Source of the DNA: a virus
Taxonomy: Duplodnaviria > Caudoviricetes
IMG/VR virus record: IMGVR_UViG_3300033485_000008
Location: 1,861-65,860 of that record
Length of the DNA: 64,000 nucleotides
Reading direction: 5' to 3' (one strand)
The notes under the pieces are model-generated. The model searched no databases, was not told the origin of the DNA, and worked only from the letters and a program-made list of their open reading frames with translations. Positions 54,903 to 63,430 of this stretch are shown here, piece by piece (position 1 is the stretch's first letter; each line of letters begins with the position of its first letter). Made by a program: the position numbers and the translations under genes.

Positions 54903-55169
54903 ATGGCGACAATCACACTGGCGGCCAAGCTGAACCAGTACAAGTGGCTCTTCTTCGAGAAGGGCATGATGCACGTCTGGAACGAGCTGAAGCGACTGTC
55001 GAACGCCGCCAACACGACCCAACTGGGTAGCGGACTCGCATTCGGCACTCTGGACTTTCAGGACAACTGCAATCCTGACGTGGCCGAGCTGGTGAACGAC
55101 CCGAATCCGGTTGGGTATGCGGGATCAAACGTTTTCGGAACCTCTCCGCCGACACAGGCGCAGAGCTAA
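54903..55169 (+). CDS. Small capsid-proximal protein, paralog A
   Basis: AAGGAGG SD; LNQYKWLFFEKGMMHVWNEL. Confidence 0.75.
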   Translation: MATITLAAKLNQYKWLFFEKGMMHVWNELKRLSNAANTTQLGSGLAFGTLDFQDNCNPDVAELVNDPNPVGYAGSNVFGTSPPTQAQS

Positions 55170-55185
55170 TAGGAGGAGCTGAAAG

Positions 55186-55473
55186 ATGGCGGTACCTACA
55201 ACCTTGAAAATCTACCTCAACCAGTTGCGCTGGCAGTTCTACGAAAAGGGAATGCAGCGTGTCTGGAACGACCTCGTGAAGTTCGCGAACTCCACGACGG
55301 AAGGGACCATCGCCAACGGGGTCAAGGTCAACACGATCAGCATGACAACCAATTGTTCTCCTGACTTCGTTCCCGGGATTTCGGACGTCACCGAGGGCAG
55401 GGATGGGGTCGGCGGCTTGTATGCTGACAAGAAGTACCCGTCGTTCAATGCCGGCTTCATCGCACAATCGTAA
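55186..55473 (+). CDS. Small capsid-proximal protein, paralog B
   Basis: AGGAG SD; LNQLRWQFYEKGMQRVWNDL. Confidence 0.75.
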   Translation: MAVPTTLKIYLNQLRWQFYEKGMQRVWNDLVKFANSTTEGTIANGVKVNTISMTTNCSPDFVPGISDVTEGRDGVGGLYADKKYPSFNAGFIAQS

Positions 55474-56120
55474 TGACGCCGGATTGGGGAGTGGTAAAGG
55501 CGCTCAGGCGCATCGACCCGAAACTCTCGGTTCGGTGGGTGAAGGAGCGTGGGGTGTGGGGTGTCTTCCACGATGCCCCATACCCCGCTCGACTGGACGC
55601 ACTGGTACGCGAGAACGGAACACAGATCCAGCTTGAGCTGCTGAAACGGGGCTACGTCGTCACGAGGGGCTGTGCGGAGGAGTACGCCTGGCTCCAGATC
55701 CAAGATGCCACCCTCGTCTTCTACGTCACCGAAGAGGACGGGTCGTACCGTCCACTCGACAATCGCGTGGTCGAGAAGATGATGAGGATGGACAGCTTCC
55801 GGCGCAATTTCAGCATCAAGGACTGGAAGGACTTCATGAACGTGAAGGCGCGGGCTCAGAAGGAGATGCGCGAGAGGACGTGGGAGGACTTTAACCAGCA
55901 GGTTCACAAGGACAAGGTTTACAAGCAACAGATGGCTGAGGCATTGCGTGGGGATTCTCACCTCCGTTCTGTCGGCGTTACTCAGCCAGAGAAAGAGCCG
56001 CGATATTCGCTTGCTGAGTTGCGGCAGGGAGGAGAGCAAGAAAATGCGGATACTGAGTGCGATACCCGGAGTGACATTGGCGAAGGTCTTCGCGAGGCGG
56101 TCGGTCCAGTTGGGGCCTGA
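55473..56120 (+). CDS. Hypothetical protein (215 aa)
   Basis: TAATG overlap; globular. Confidence 0.7.
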   Translation: MTPDWGVVKALRRIDPKLSVRWVKERGVWGVFHDAPYPARLDALVRENGTQIQLELLKRGYVVTRGCAEEYAWLQIQDATLVFYVTEEDGSYRPLDNRVVEKMMRMDSFRRNFSIKDWKDFMNVKARAQKEMRERTWEDFNQQVHKDKVYKQQMAEALRGDSHLRSVGVTQPEKEPRYSLAELRQGGEQENADTECDTRSDIGEGLREAVGPVGA

Positions 56121-56607
56121 GGAGATCGTCTTTCCTCCGAAGGGGATCCAGTTGCTGGAGGGGCAACCCGTCACGGTGACGGAGCCTGAGGGAGAGGCGA
56201 TCCTGCTGAAGTTCGGGATGAAGGGAGTGATCCGGATTCCCGACGAGGCGACTCCGGACCAGATACCGGAGCTGCTGCTGACGGCACAGCGCATCCGGTA
56301 CAACTTTCTTCGGAAGCAGCTAGACGCCTACCGGATGGAGCAGGGCAATCGTCAGGCTACCAACGTCCCGATCATGATGCCGACTGATTCCCTGCGGTCG
56401 AAGTTCAACGAGGCGAAGGCGCTGAGGGAGACATTGATCGCGCAGGATCCCGTCATTCAGGAGACCCTTACCGCGTTGCCGGGGGAGAAGCGGGAGATGG
56501 CCGAGCCTGACACGCTGGCTGAGGAACTGCGGGCGTTCGGGATCAGTCCGAAGGCAGCGCCACTGGAGCCCGGGATCACGGCATGGGATCAGGGAGTACC
56601 CGTCTGA
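56044..56607 (+). CDS. Hypothetical protein (187 aa)
   Basis: GGAG SD before ATG 56044; overlaps the previous gene by 77 nt. Confidence 0.7.
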   Translation: MRILSAIPGVTLAKVFARRSVQLGPEEIVFPPKGIQLLEGQPVTVTEPEGEAILLKFGMKGVIRIPDEATPDQIPELLLTAQRIRYNFLRKQLDAYRMEQGNRQATNVPIMMPTDSLRSKFNEAKALRETLIAQDPVIQETLTALPGEKREMAEPDTLAEELRAFGISPKAAPLEPGITAWDQGVPV

Positions 56608-56816
56608 TGCCGATCAGTTGTCCAGGCGGGGGCAAGGCGCGGTTCCGGTACAAGAAGGGCACGGACATGCGTCTTGCGTTCTGCGGGGCGGGCAAGGTCG
56701 TCGAGGCGAAGAACACCGCGACCGGAGCGGTGCATACTCCCGAGGAGTTTGCGGCTGACCGAAGAGCAGGTCGCAAGGGATCCAGAAGTCAGGGTCGAAG
56801 CACCAGCAGGCGGTAA
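56607..56816 (+). CDS. Small basic protein (69 aa)
   Basis: TGATG overlap; ends GRKGSRSQGRSTSRR. Confidence 0.65.
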   Translation: MPISCPGGGKARFRYKKGTDMRLAFCGAGKVVEAKNTATGAVHTPEEFAADRRAGRKGSRSQGRSTSRR

Positions 56817-57139
56817 TGTCGGACGCGGGTAAGGACTACAACGAGAAGGTGGCGAGGAAGGCTGGTCTTCGCCCGGATGAGACTGGACACATGCCAAGTC
56901 GGGTGCCGAGCGGGGAGCGTGAGGGTTTGATCCTGAAGCGTCCCTCGCACCCGACATTCGGGAAGACCATCGAGGGGGAGAGGGTTTGGGGAGGCACGTT
57001 CTATCGAAGGGGCGGTCGGCTGTACTCATTCGATCAGAAGCCAGACGAGTCTTTCAGGCCGGTTCCGTATGACCGATTGGAGCGGAAGGTGGAGCGAGCC
57101 CAAGCTCACCGGCAGGAGTCACGAGGGGGACGACGATAA
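56816..57139 (+). CDS. Basic protein (107 aa)
   Basis: TAATG overlap; GHMPSR..LILKRPSHPTFGKT..GRLYS; ends ESRGGRR. Confidence 0.7.
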   Translation: MSDAGKDYNEKVARKAGLRPDETGHMPSRVPSGEREGLILKRPSHPTFGKTIEGERVWGGTFYRRGGRLYSFDQKPDESFRPVPYDRLERKVERAQAHRQESRGGRR

Positions 57140-57204
57140 TGGGATGTGGCAAGGGTGGGAAGAAGACTGGCCGTAGCGGCGGAGGCAGGGGTGGAAGGCG
57201 CTGA
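57139..57204 (+). CDS. Protamine-like micro-ORF (21 aa; not in ORF track)
   Basis: TAATG overlap; MGCGKGGKKTGRSGGGRGGRR. Confidence 0.55.
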   Translation: MGCGKGGKKTGRSGGGRGGRR

Positions 57205-57344
57205 TGGGCCTGCTGATCGTTATCGGCGGTGGTCGAGGGCTGGTCCCGAAGAAGCCTTCGTCGGGCGTACCCAGAGCGGCACCCCGGCCACCGACAGGCA
57301 AGCCTCGTCCGATGGTACGTGTGACGAGGAGGACGGGTCGCTAG
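57204..57344 (+). CDS. Basic micro-ORF (46 aa; not in ORF track)
   Basis: TGATG overlap; MGLLIVIGGGRG...VRVTRRTGR. Confidence 0.55.
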   Translation: MGLLIVIGGGRGLVPKKPSSGVPRAAPRPPTGKPRPMVRVTRRTGR

Positions 57345-57354
57345 GTCTGAGTTG

Positions 57355-57396
57355 ATGGCTAAACGGCGGGATCGGAAGCCCTTGCGGGCTGGTTGA
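57355..57396 (+). CDS. Basic micro-ORF (13 aa; not in ORF track)
   Basis: MAKRRDRKPLRAG. Confidence 0.3.
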   Translation: MAKRRDRKPLRAG

Positions 57397-57432
57397 CCGC
57401 TCGCGAGGAAGATTCCCGGGAGGGATCTGAGG

Positions 57433-57570
57433 ATGACGAAGGTCAAGAACCCGAAGGGCGATCAGGGCGCGATGGCTCTCATGAAGCGAGAGCAGGTAAA
57501 GCGCAAGGAAGTGAGTTCTCCATTCAACCGCTTTATGGGGAGGCGTGTTGGTAGTCGGACTGGGAGGTAG
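57433..57570 (+). CDS. Basic micro-ORF (45 aa; not in ORF track)
   Basis: GGAGG/GAGG upstream; MTKVKNPKG...GRRVGSRTGR; its stop overlaps the SD of the adaptor gene. Confidence 0.55.
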   Translation: MTKVKNPKGDQGAMALMKREQVKRKEVSSPFNRFMGRRVGSRTGR

Positions 57571-57575
57571 TCGCT

Positions 57576-58601
57576 GTGGTAGTCGGGGTGCCGGTAACGC
57601 TTGCGGAGCTTCGGGACCGGCTGGCGAATATCACAAATCTGACTGCCACGTACTCCCGTGACGAGGTTCGGGACGCGATCAACTACGGCTACGGCAAGAT
57701 TCTTCGAGCGATTCATTCGGTAAACGCCGAGCAGTTCGTAACCTTCCGCGACAACTTCACTTTCGTCGGAGCCGAGAGCGAGCACGACATCAGCGACTTC
57801 TTCCCGCCTGTGGGGCGGCTGACGAAGCTCGTCGTGCCCGGGATCCCGGCGAACTCCGGCACCAGCCAGAACATCGTCAGCTTCCGGTATCGAGACTTCC
57901 GGTCGGCTGACTTCGAGAGTGCCGAGGCAATGAACCGGGGCGGCGAGGCCGGGGTCGTGTACGACATCATGACGGGTAGGATCCCACAGCGGAACACAGC
58001 GGTTCCGACTGCTGCGGGAACTGCTGAGGTCGCCGTTCAGGTGGATTACGACAGCTTCAGGGTCGTGAGCCCGATTTCTGGTGGGATCTACTTCGGACAG
58101 CCTATTTCCATACCAGGCGTTGGCCCTCCTCACTGGATGGATGCTGACGGAGAGTCGGAACCAACGGTGGGGATAACGAGCGATTATCTCGGGACCGTAT
58201 CCTCTTTCGTCGATGCTGGCGGCTACGTCACAATTGGTGTGACTCCTAGAATGTCTTTATGGCCGGCTGTTGGAGCGTGGATTCAACTCTACCGGACACG
58301 GATGCTCATGATCGCCCCGGTCTTCTCGGCATCGGTGACGGGACGACTGTACTACGTCTATCATCCATCGCGACTGGTGAAGGATACGGAGACCCTGGAT
58401 CCGGTTGCGTCCGAGCACGCTGACGCTTTGATCGCCTACGCGGCATCGTGGCTGCTCCGCTCAAGCAACGACGGTCAGGCGGAGCGGTGGTACCTCGAAG
58501 GTCAGGAGATGCGGTCGGAACTCATGCAGGCGCTCGATCCGGTGGCCGATCAGGGGAGCCAGGCTCTTGGGAGCGCGTTTGACTGGATGAGAGACTACTG
58601 A
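57576..58601 (+). CDS. Head-to-tail adaptor / tail tubular protein A-like
   Basis: TLAELRDRL..EVRDAINYGY N-terminus and LYYVYHP.RL..HADALIAYAA C-terminus; located before the nozzle. Confidence 0.7.
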   Translation: MVVGVPVTLAELRDRLANITNLTATYSRDEVRDAINYGYGKILRAIHSVNAEQFVTFRDNFTFVGAESEHDISDFFPPVGRLTKLVVPGIPANSGTSQNIVSFRYRDFRSADFESAEAMNRGGEAGVVYDIMTGRIPQRNTAVPTAAGTAEVAVQVDYDSFRVVSPISGGIYFGQPISIPGVGPPHWMDADGESEPTVGITSDYLGTVSSFVDAGGYVTIGVTPRMSLWPAVGAWIQLYRTRMLMIAPVFSASVTGRLYYVYHPSRLVKDTETLDPVASEHADALIAYAASWLLRSSNDGQAERWYLEGQEMRSELMQALDPVADQGSQALGSAFDWMRDY

Positions 58602-58604
58602 GTC

Positions 58605-61058
58605 ATGGCTCGTGACTGGCAGAAGCTCGACTTCGAGCACGGCTGGGCCGGCTTGGTGGATCGTCGCCAGCGGCTCGACTACGGGCTCAATATCGCCTCC
58701 ATCGCCAAGAACATCGACTTCTTCGGAGGCAGCATCGGAAGACGTCTCGGGAGCCAGTATTTGAACGGCTGGGGAACGATCACGGAGAGCGGCTGGACCA
58801 CTTGGGCGGGTCTGCTGGTTGACGCGAGCGGATTGGATACCACGGACACGTTGACCTTCTATTTTGCTAACGGTACGAGCGAGACCAAAGCCATTAGTAC
58901 CATCGTCGGGAATCTGGTCACTCTCGCAACTGCTCTTAGTGCTGCACCGGAAGGTGCCGTCCCGGTCATCGCTCGCCGTCCTTTGGGTGGTGGAGCTGGA
59001 ACGAGAGTTGATGGCTTGTTCCAGGCCAACTTTCGAGACGGAACCGCCAAGCTGCTCGCTGCCGCTGGTGCTGTGCTCTACGAGCTTCCGGCACTGGGTG
59101 CGGGTGACGGGGCAGCAACAGTATCGACTCAGTTTCCGGTAACGACCGTGCTTGCAAACTGGACCGTGACGAACACGGGAACGATTACGAGCGTCGAGGG
59201 ACTTCAGGTCGGAGACAAGATCCAGATCGCTGGTCGGATGGGAGCGAACAAGTACATGACGATTACGGGTATCGCCCCGATCACCCGTGCGATCTCTATC
59301 TATCCCTATGCTTCGTCCAATCCTCAGCTCGGTGATGTGGTGACGTTCTATCCGATCTCCATTGCTGGGGACACGCACTTTGTGCAGCACAACAACGTCA
59401 CTCATATCGTGGTCGATCACAGCGTTCTGGGTCTTGGCAGTGCCGGCGATACGCCTCCGGTGAAGTATTACAAGCCATCGGCGAGCTACGTGATTCAGCG
59501 CAGCGGCATCAAACCTCCGGTTCAAGGTGGTACCGCTCCTACGGCGACTCTTGCCACGAGCTCGGAGGCGACTGGTCTCGGGCAGGGGGACTACAGTTGG
59601 CGGATCAAGTTCGTGAACTCCGTCACTCACCAGGAGTCCGAACCGGGACCTGAGATCACCGTTACCGGCCTGAGTGCGAGCGTTTATCACCATGTGAACC
59701 TGGCGAACCTTCCGGTCTCCGTAGATCCTCAAGTAACGCACAAGCGGATCTACCGGAGCATGGCGCTGCCTTCCGGCGAGGCATCCGGGGCCTGGTACTA
59801 CGAGGGGGAGATAACGAACGTCACGACCACGTTTCATTCGGAGATGGGAGACACGTTGCTTGGCACCTTGATGCGCGAGTTTCTGGACGTGTGCATCCCT
59901 GACGGCGTTTCCAACATCATACTCTGGCCTCAGGCCAACCGCCTGGTTGCTGTCGATGCAGAGCACAACACGGTGATTTTCAGCGATCAGTTCGACGTAG
60001 AGGACGGCACGTTCAAGTCGGAGTCATGGCCGTCCGACAACTTCATTCTCGTCAGCTACGATGATGGGGACCGGGTGCGGGCGGTTGCTGCGTTTTATGA
60101 CAGTTTGATCGTTTTCAAGGAGAGATCCGTCTTCAAGGTCTCCGGCACTCCTCCTGAGATCAGCATCGAGCCCGTGATCTTCCGTCAGGACTTGACCAGC
60201 GTCGGCACGTTCAACGCGAAGGCTGTTGCGGTGGATCAGAACGAGATGATCTTTCCGGCTGCTGACGGAGTGTACGTGCTGAGCCGGTGGGAGGGTGGCG
60301 AGAAGTCATTCAACAGTGCTCGCCTCTCCCGTGAGATTGACAACGGTTGGTCCGACGTGAACACGAGCAAGGCGAAGCGAACCCACGCGGTGTTCTTCCG
60401 TGAACGTCGTCAGTACCGGGTGTTCATACCGATCAACCTGGAGACCGAATGCCAGCGTGCGTATGTCTTTCAGTTCGAGGGGGACATCCAGGGCAATCCG
60501 TATGGCTGGACTCAGTGGGCAATCGAGAGGAACACCGTGCCTGCGAACATCACGGCTTCTCATGTCGGTGCCGGCAACCCGGATACCAACTATATCGGCA
60601 CGGATACTGGGGACGTGATCTGTCTCGACAACGGCAGGGCCGATCTTGGTGGGTTCCCGATTGATGTGGACTATGCGACCGGCTGGTTCACTCCAGCCGG
60701 CAAGGGTGCTCCAGCCAGGGGCCGTGCCGTCGATATTGCCTTCGGCCTGGAGGAAGATCTCAACATCGACCTTTCCGTCGAGACCGACTTCGGATCTCCG
60801 GACTTTCCGGTCAGCATGTCTGCGAGTGCTCCGACTGGCTTCCACCTGGACGTCAGCCACCTTGATGTCGATGGGCTGGCAACCGAGGTGAAGGAGGTTC
60901 GGGGTTCGGTCATCCTGCGTGCTCTTGGCGAGTACCATCGGATCCGGCTCCGTGAGTACAGCGCAACGGGCGCGTTTCTGATCCAGAACATGACGTACTG
61001 GTTCCAGGCGCTGCCGGAACAGGCCAAGCGCAGGGATTGGATACAGGACAGGGGATGA
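58605..61058 (+). CDS. Tail nozzle / tubular protein B (P22 gp10-like beta-propeller)
   Basis: 817 aa; repeated beta-blade pattern (VIFSD..ESWP..LIVFKERSVFKVSG..IFPAADGVYVL..GWTQW). Confidence 0.75.
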   Translation: MARDWQKLDFEHGWAGLVDRRQRLDYGLNIASIAKNIDFFGGSIGRRLGSQYLNGWGTITESGWTTWAGLLVDASGLDTTDTLTFYFANGTSETKAISTIVGNLVTLATALSAAPEGAVPVIARRPLGGGAGTRVDGLFQANFRDGTAKLLAAAGAVLYELPALGAGDGAATVSTQFPVTTVLANWTVTNTGTITSVEGLQVGDKIQIAGRMGANKYMTITGIAPITRAISIYPYASSNPQLGDVVTFYPISIAGDTHFVQHNNVTHIVVDHSVLGLGSAGDTPPVKYYKPSASYVIQRSGIKPPVQGGTAPTATLATSSEATGLGQGDYSWRIKFVNSVTHQESEPGPEITVTGLSASVYHHVNLANLPVSVDPQVTHKRIYRSMALPSGEASGAWYYEGEITNVTTTFHSEMGDTLLGTLMREFLDVCIPDGVSNIILWPQANRLVAVDAEHNTVIFSDQFDVEDGTFKSESWPSDNFILVSYDDGDRVRAVAAFYDSLIVFKERSVFKVSGTPPEISIEPVIFRQDLTSVGTFNAKAVAVDQNEMIFPAADGVYVLSRWEGGEKSFNSARLSREIDNGWSDVNTSKAKRTHAVFFRERRQYRVFIPINLETECQRAYVFQFEGDIQGNPYGWTQWAIERNTVPANITASHVGAGNPDTNYIGTDTGDVICLDNGRADLGGFPIDVDYATGWFTPAGKGAPARGRAVDIAFGLEEDLNIDLSVETDFGSPDFPVSMSASAPTGFHLDVSHLDVDGLATEVKEVRGSVILRALGEYHRIRLREYSATGAFLIQNMTYWFQALPEQAKRRDWIQDRG

Positions 61059-61678
61059 GCCGGTTCACGACGCCTAAGGTGTTCGCATCCAACGAGCCGG
61101 TGCTGAAGTCTGCCGATCTCAACGCGATCACTGCGGCGATTGCGGCCAGCTTGAACGGGATCACCAATGAGCAGGTTGCGTCCTGGGCTGCGATCCAGGG
61201 GACGAAGCTACTCGACAACACCTTGACGTCCACGAAGTTCAACGACCGGGCGGTTGACCAGGCGGCCCTGGCGGTGAACTCGATGACCTATGGCGTGGAC
61301 TCCGATCAGGCCAACAGCATAAGTCATGTCGTCACCCTTGCGTGGGAAGTCCTGGCTACTGTTGGCCTTACCGTTGCGGGTGGCCCGGTACTGCTCCTGG
61401 GAGATTTCGGCGGCTACTTTGGGCACGTAGGTGTTGGTTTTGGTGCGGTGGAGGCGCGACTATCGAGGACTGGATACGGAGTAATCACAACAGTTCTGGA
61501 GCAAGAATCGACGATGGTGGCGGCGAATGCACAGCGTCCCATGTGCTTGGCGATAGTCGGGGTGGATCGCAGTCTGTCGGCAGGCGCATATACGTGGACT
61601 TTGGACGTTCGATGTTCAAGTACGTACAACGTGCCGGTAGTTCGGAGTTTTCAGCTCTTCGCAGTGGAGTTGCGTTAG
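61055..61678 (+). CDS. Short tail fibre/needle protein, paralog A
   Basis: FTTPKVFAS..LKSADLNAITAAIAASLN..IQGTKL. Confidence 0.6.
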   Translation: MSRFTTPKVFASNEPVLKSADLNAITAAIAASLNGITNEQVASWAAIQGTKLLDNTLTSTKFNDRAVDQAALAVNSMTYGVDSDQANSISHVVTLAWEVLATVGLTVAGGPVLLLGDFGGYFGHVGVGFGAVEARLSRTGYGVITTVLEQESTMVAANAQRPMCLAIVGVDRSLSAGAYTWTLDVRCSSTYNVPVVRSFQLFAVELR

Positions 61679-61679
61679 C

Positions 61680-62300
61680 ATGGCGACGTTCACGATACCG
61701 AAGGTGTGGGCATACGGGGCGGAACTCACGTCCACGGACCTCAATGCTCTGGTTGCTGCGATTGCCGCGAGCTTGAACTCGATCAGTGATTCTCAGGTAG
61801 GTGCGAGTGCCAACATCGACGGCTCGAAACTGGCTGACGCTCCGAATGGCATTCCTGGCGGGAAGGTACAGGCGGGAGCGATTCTCCAATCCAAGCTGGC
61901 TGCTGGAGCTTCGGATGTCGGGGTCACTTCCAGCGAGAGCTATTCAGCCGGCACGAAGGCGGCCAATCCCGGGCCGACGACGATTGCCACTGCGGCACGC
62001 ACGGTCTTGGGCGGCTCGGTGATTCTTCTGGCGACCTGCACGGTCGAGCTGACACACACCGACACGGGGCTGACAGCAGTGAGTGCTCGTATCAAGCGTG
62101 ACGGATCGGCGATCAGTACCGATGTGCAGGCAAGCGCGTCCGGACCTGTAAACGACATAGATGCGCTCTCGATGACGGTCTTTTTCGTGGACACGGGACA
62201 GACGGGATCGAAGACCTGGACGTTGGAGGTTCAGCGGGCGAGTGGGAACGCAACGGTTCTCATCCGTGACTGGCAACTGTTTGCCTGGGAGTTGACGTGA
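61680..62300 (+). CDS. Short tail fibre/needle protein, paralog B
   Basis: FTIPKVWAY..LTSTDLNALVAAIAASLN..IDGSKL. Confidence 0.6.
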   Translation: MATFTIPKVWAYGAELTSTDLNALVAAIAASLNSISDSQVGASANIDGSKLADAPNGIPGGKVQAGAILQSKLAAGASDVGVTSSESYSAGTKAANPGPTTIATAARTVLGGSVILLATCTVELTHTDTGLTAVSARIKRDGSAISTDVQASASGPVNDIDALSMTVFFVDTGQTGSKTWTLEVQRASGNATVLIRDWQLFAWELT

Positions 62301-63421
62301 TGGCTTGGGGCGATACCGAATTAGGCAAGGGCGCGTACAAGAACCCGATGGCAATTGGCAAGCAGGAGCGCAAGGCTCAGCGCCAGGAGCTGAAGGGGCA
62401 GGGTTTGCAGGGCAAGGAACTGAAGCAGGGGATGCAGGGCTGGAAGCAGGAGACTCGGGGCGAGCGTGCGGCTGCTGCTACCCAGGCGATGGTTCCCAGT
62501 GCTCTTCAGGGCTACGTGAAGCCAAAAGCGTTCGTCAAGAAGGTATTGCGTGGCAAGGAGCCGTACCAGGCGATCAAGCGGATTGGGGGGATCGAGGCTG
62601 CGAAGGAACTCTTCGGTTACAACGAGCCTCGTGCTCCTCTCCAAGAGAAGCTGCTGGGCGAGCTGGAGACTGGGCCGCAAGTGAACCTCATGAGAGGGGA
62701 AGGAGAGCAGCCTCTGTACGAGCTTGCGAGCCAGTACATGCAGGGGGCCAGTCCTGACGTCGATTACATGCGGGAGTCTTCGGCCACACTTCCGACTTTG
62801 GGTGCGTATGCGCGGGAACGGCTGGCTGAGGGGGGTCTCACGCCAGTCGAGGAGGCTGCGATCCGGGGCAGGGAACGGGGGACTGTCGAGAGTGGGTATC
62901 GTGAGGCCAGTCGAGCTGAGGCAGGCCGGCTGGCAGCGGCTGGGATGGATCCCCGCTCCGGAATCGCAGCTCAAAGGGCTCTTCAGCTACAGCGAACGAG
63001 GGCTGGGGGTCTGACCGACGTCGAGCGTGGCATTACCGAGCAGGAGTTGGCCCGCAAGCAGCAGATCGAGGAGTTGAACAAGGGTGTTGCCGGCCTTGAG
63101 GAGACGAGTCGGCTGGGTGACATCGCGGCGCAGCTCCGTGGTCGCGAGGGGTACGAGAACCTGATCACGAGCGGTGCTGGGCTGGGGGAGGCCGCTCGCA
63201 GGTTCGACGTGGGTGCTCTCACGGGTCGTCAGACGTCTTACGAGGGTTTGCTTGCCGATCTGGCGCGGCAGAGGGCGGCTGAGGGTCAGTGGGCTCTGGA
63301 GACTGCGGAGGGTGGTCGTCAGGCCAGGATGGCTAGGGAGGCATACAAGCAAGCCGGGAAGGCGATGGAGCCGGGAGCTTTGGATTACACCGGGGCGGTT
63401 CTCGGTGGTCTGTTTGGGTAG
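62297..63421 (+). CDS. DNA ejection/pilot-type protein
   Basis: Ala/Gly/Gln/Glu-rich helical protein ending LGGLFG; located after the tail genes. Confidence 0.65.
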   Translation: MMAWGDTELGKGAYKNPMAIGKQERKAQRQELKGQGLQGKELKQGMQGWKQETRGERAAAATQAMVPSALQGYVKPKAFVKKVLRGKEPYQAIKRIGGIEAAKELFGYNEPRAPLQEKLLGELETGPQVNLMRGEGEQPLYELASQYMQGASPDVDYMRESSATLPTLGAYARERLAEGGLTPVEEAAIRGRERGTVESGYREASRAEAGRLAAAGMDPRSGIAAQRALQLQRTRAGGLTDVERGITEQELARKQQIEELNKGVAGLEETSRLGDIAAQLRGREGYENLITSGAGLGEAARRFDVGALTGRQTSYEGLLADLARQRAAEGQWALETAEGGRQARMAREAYKQAGKAMEPGALDYTGAVLGGLFG

Positions 63422-63430
63422 GAGTGAGCC

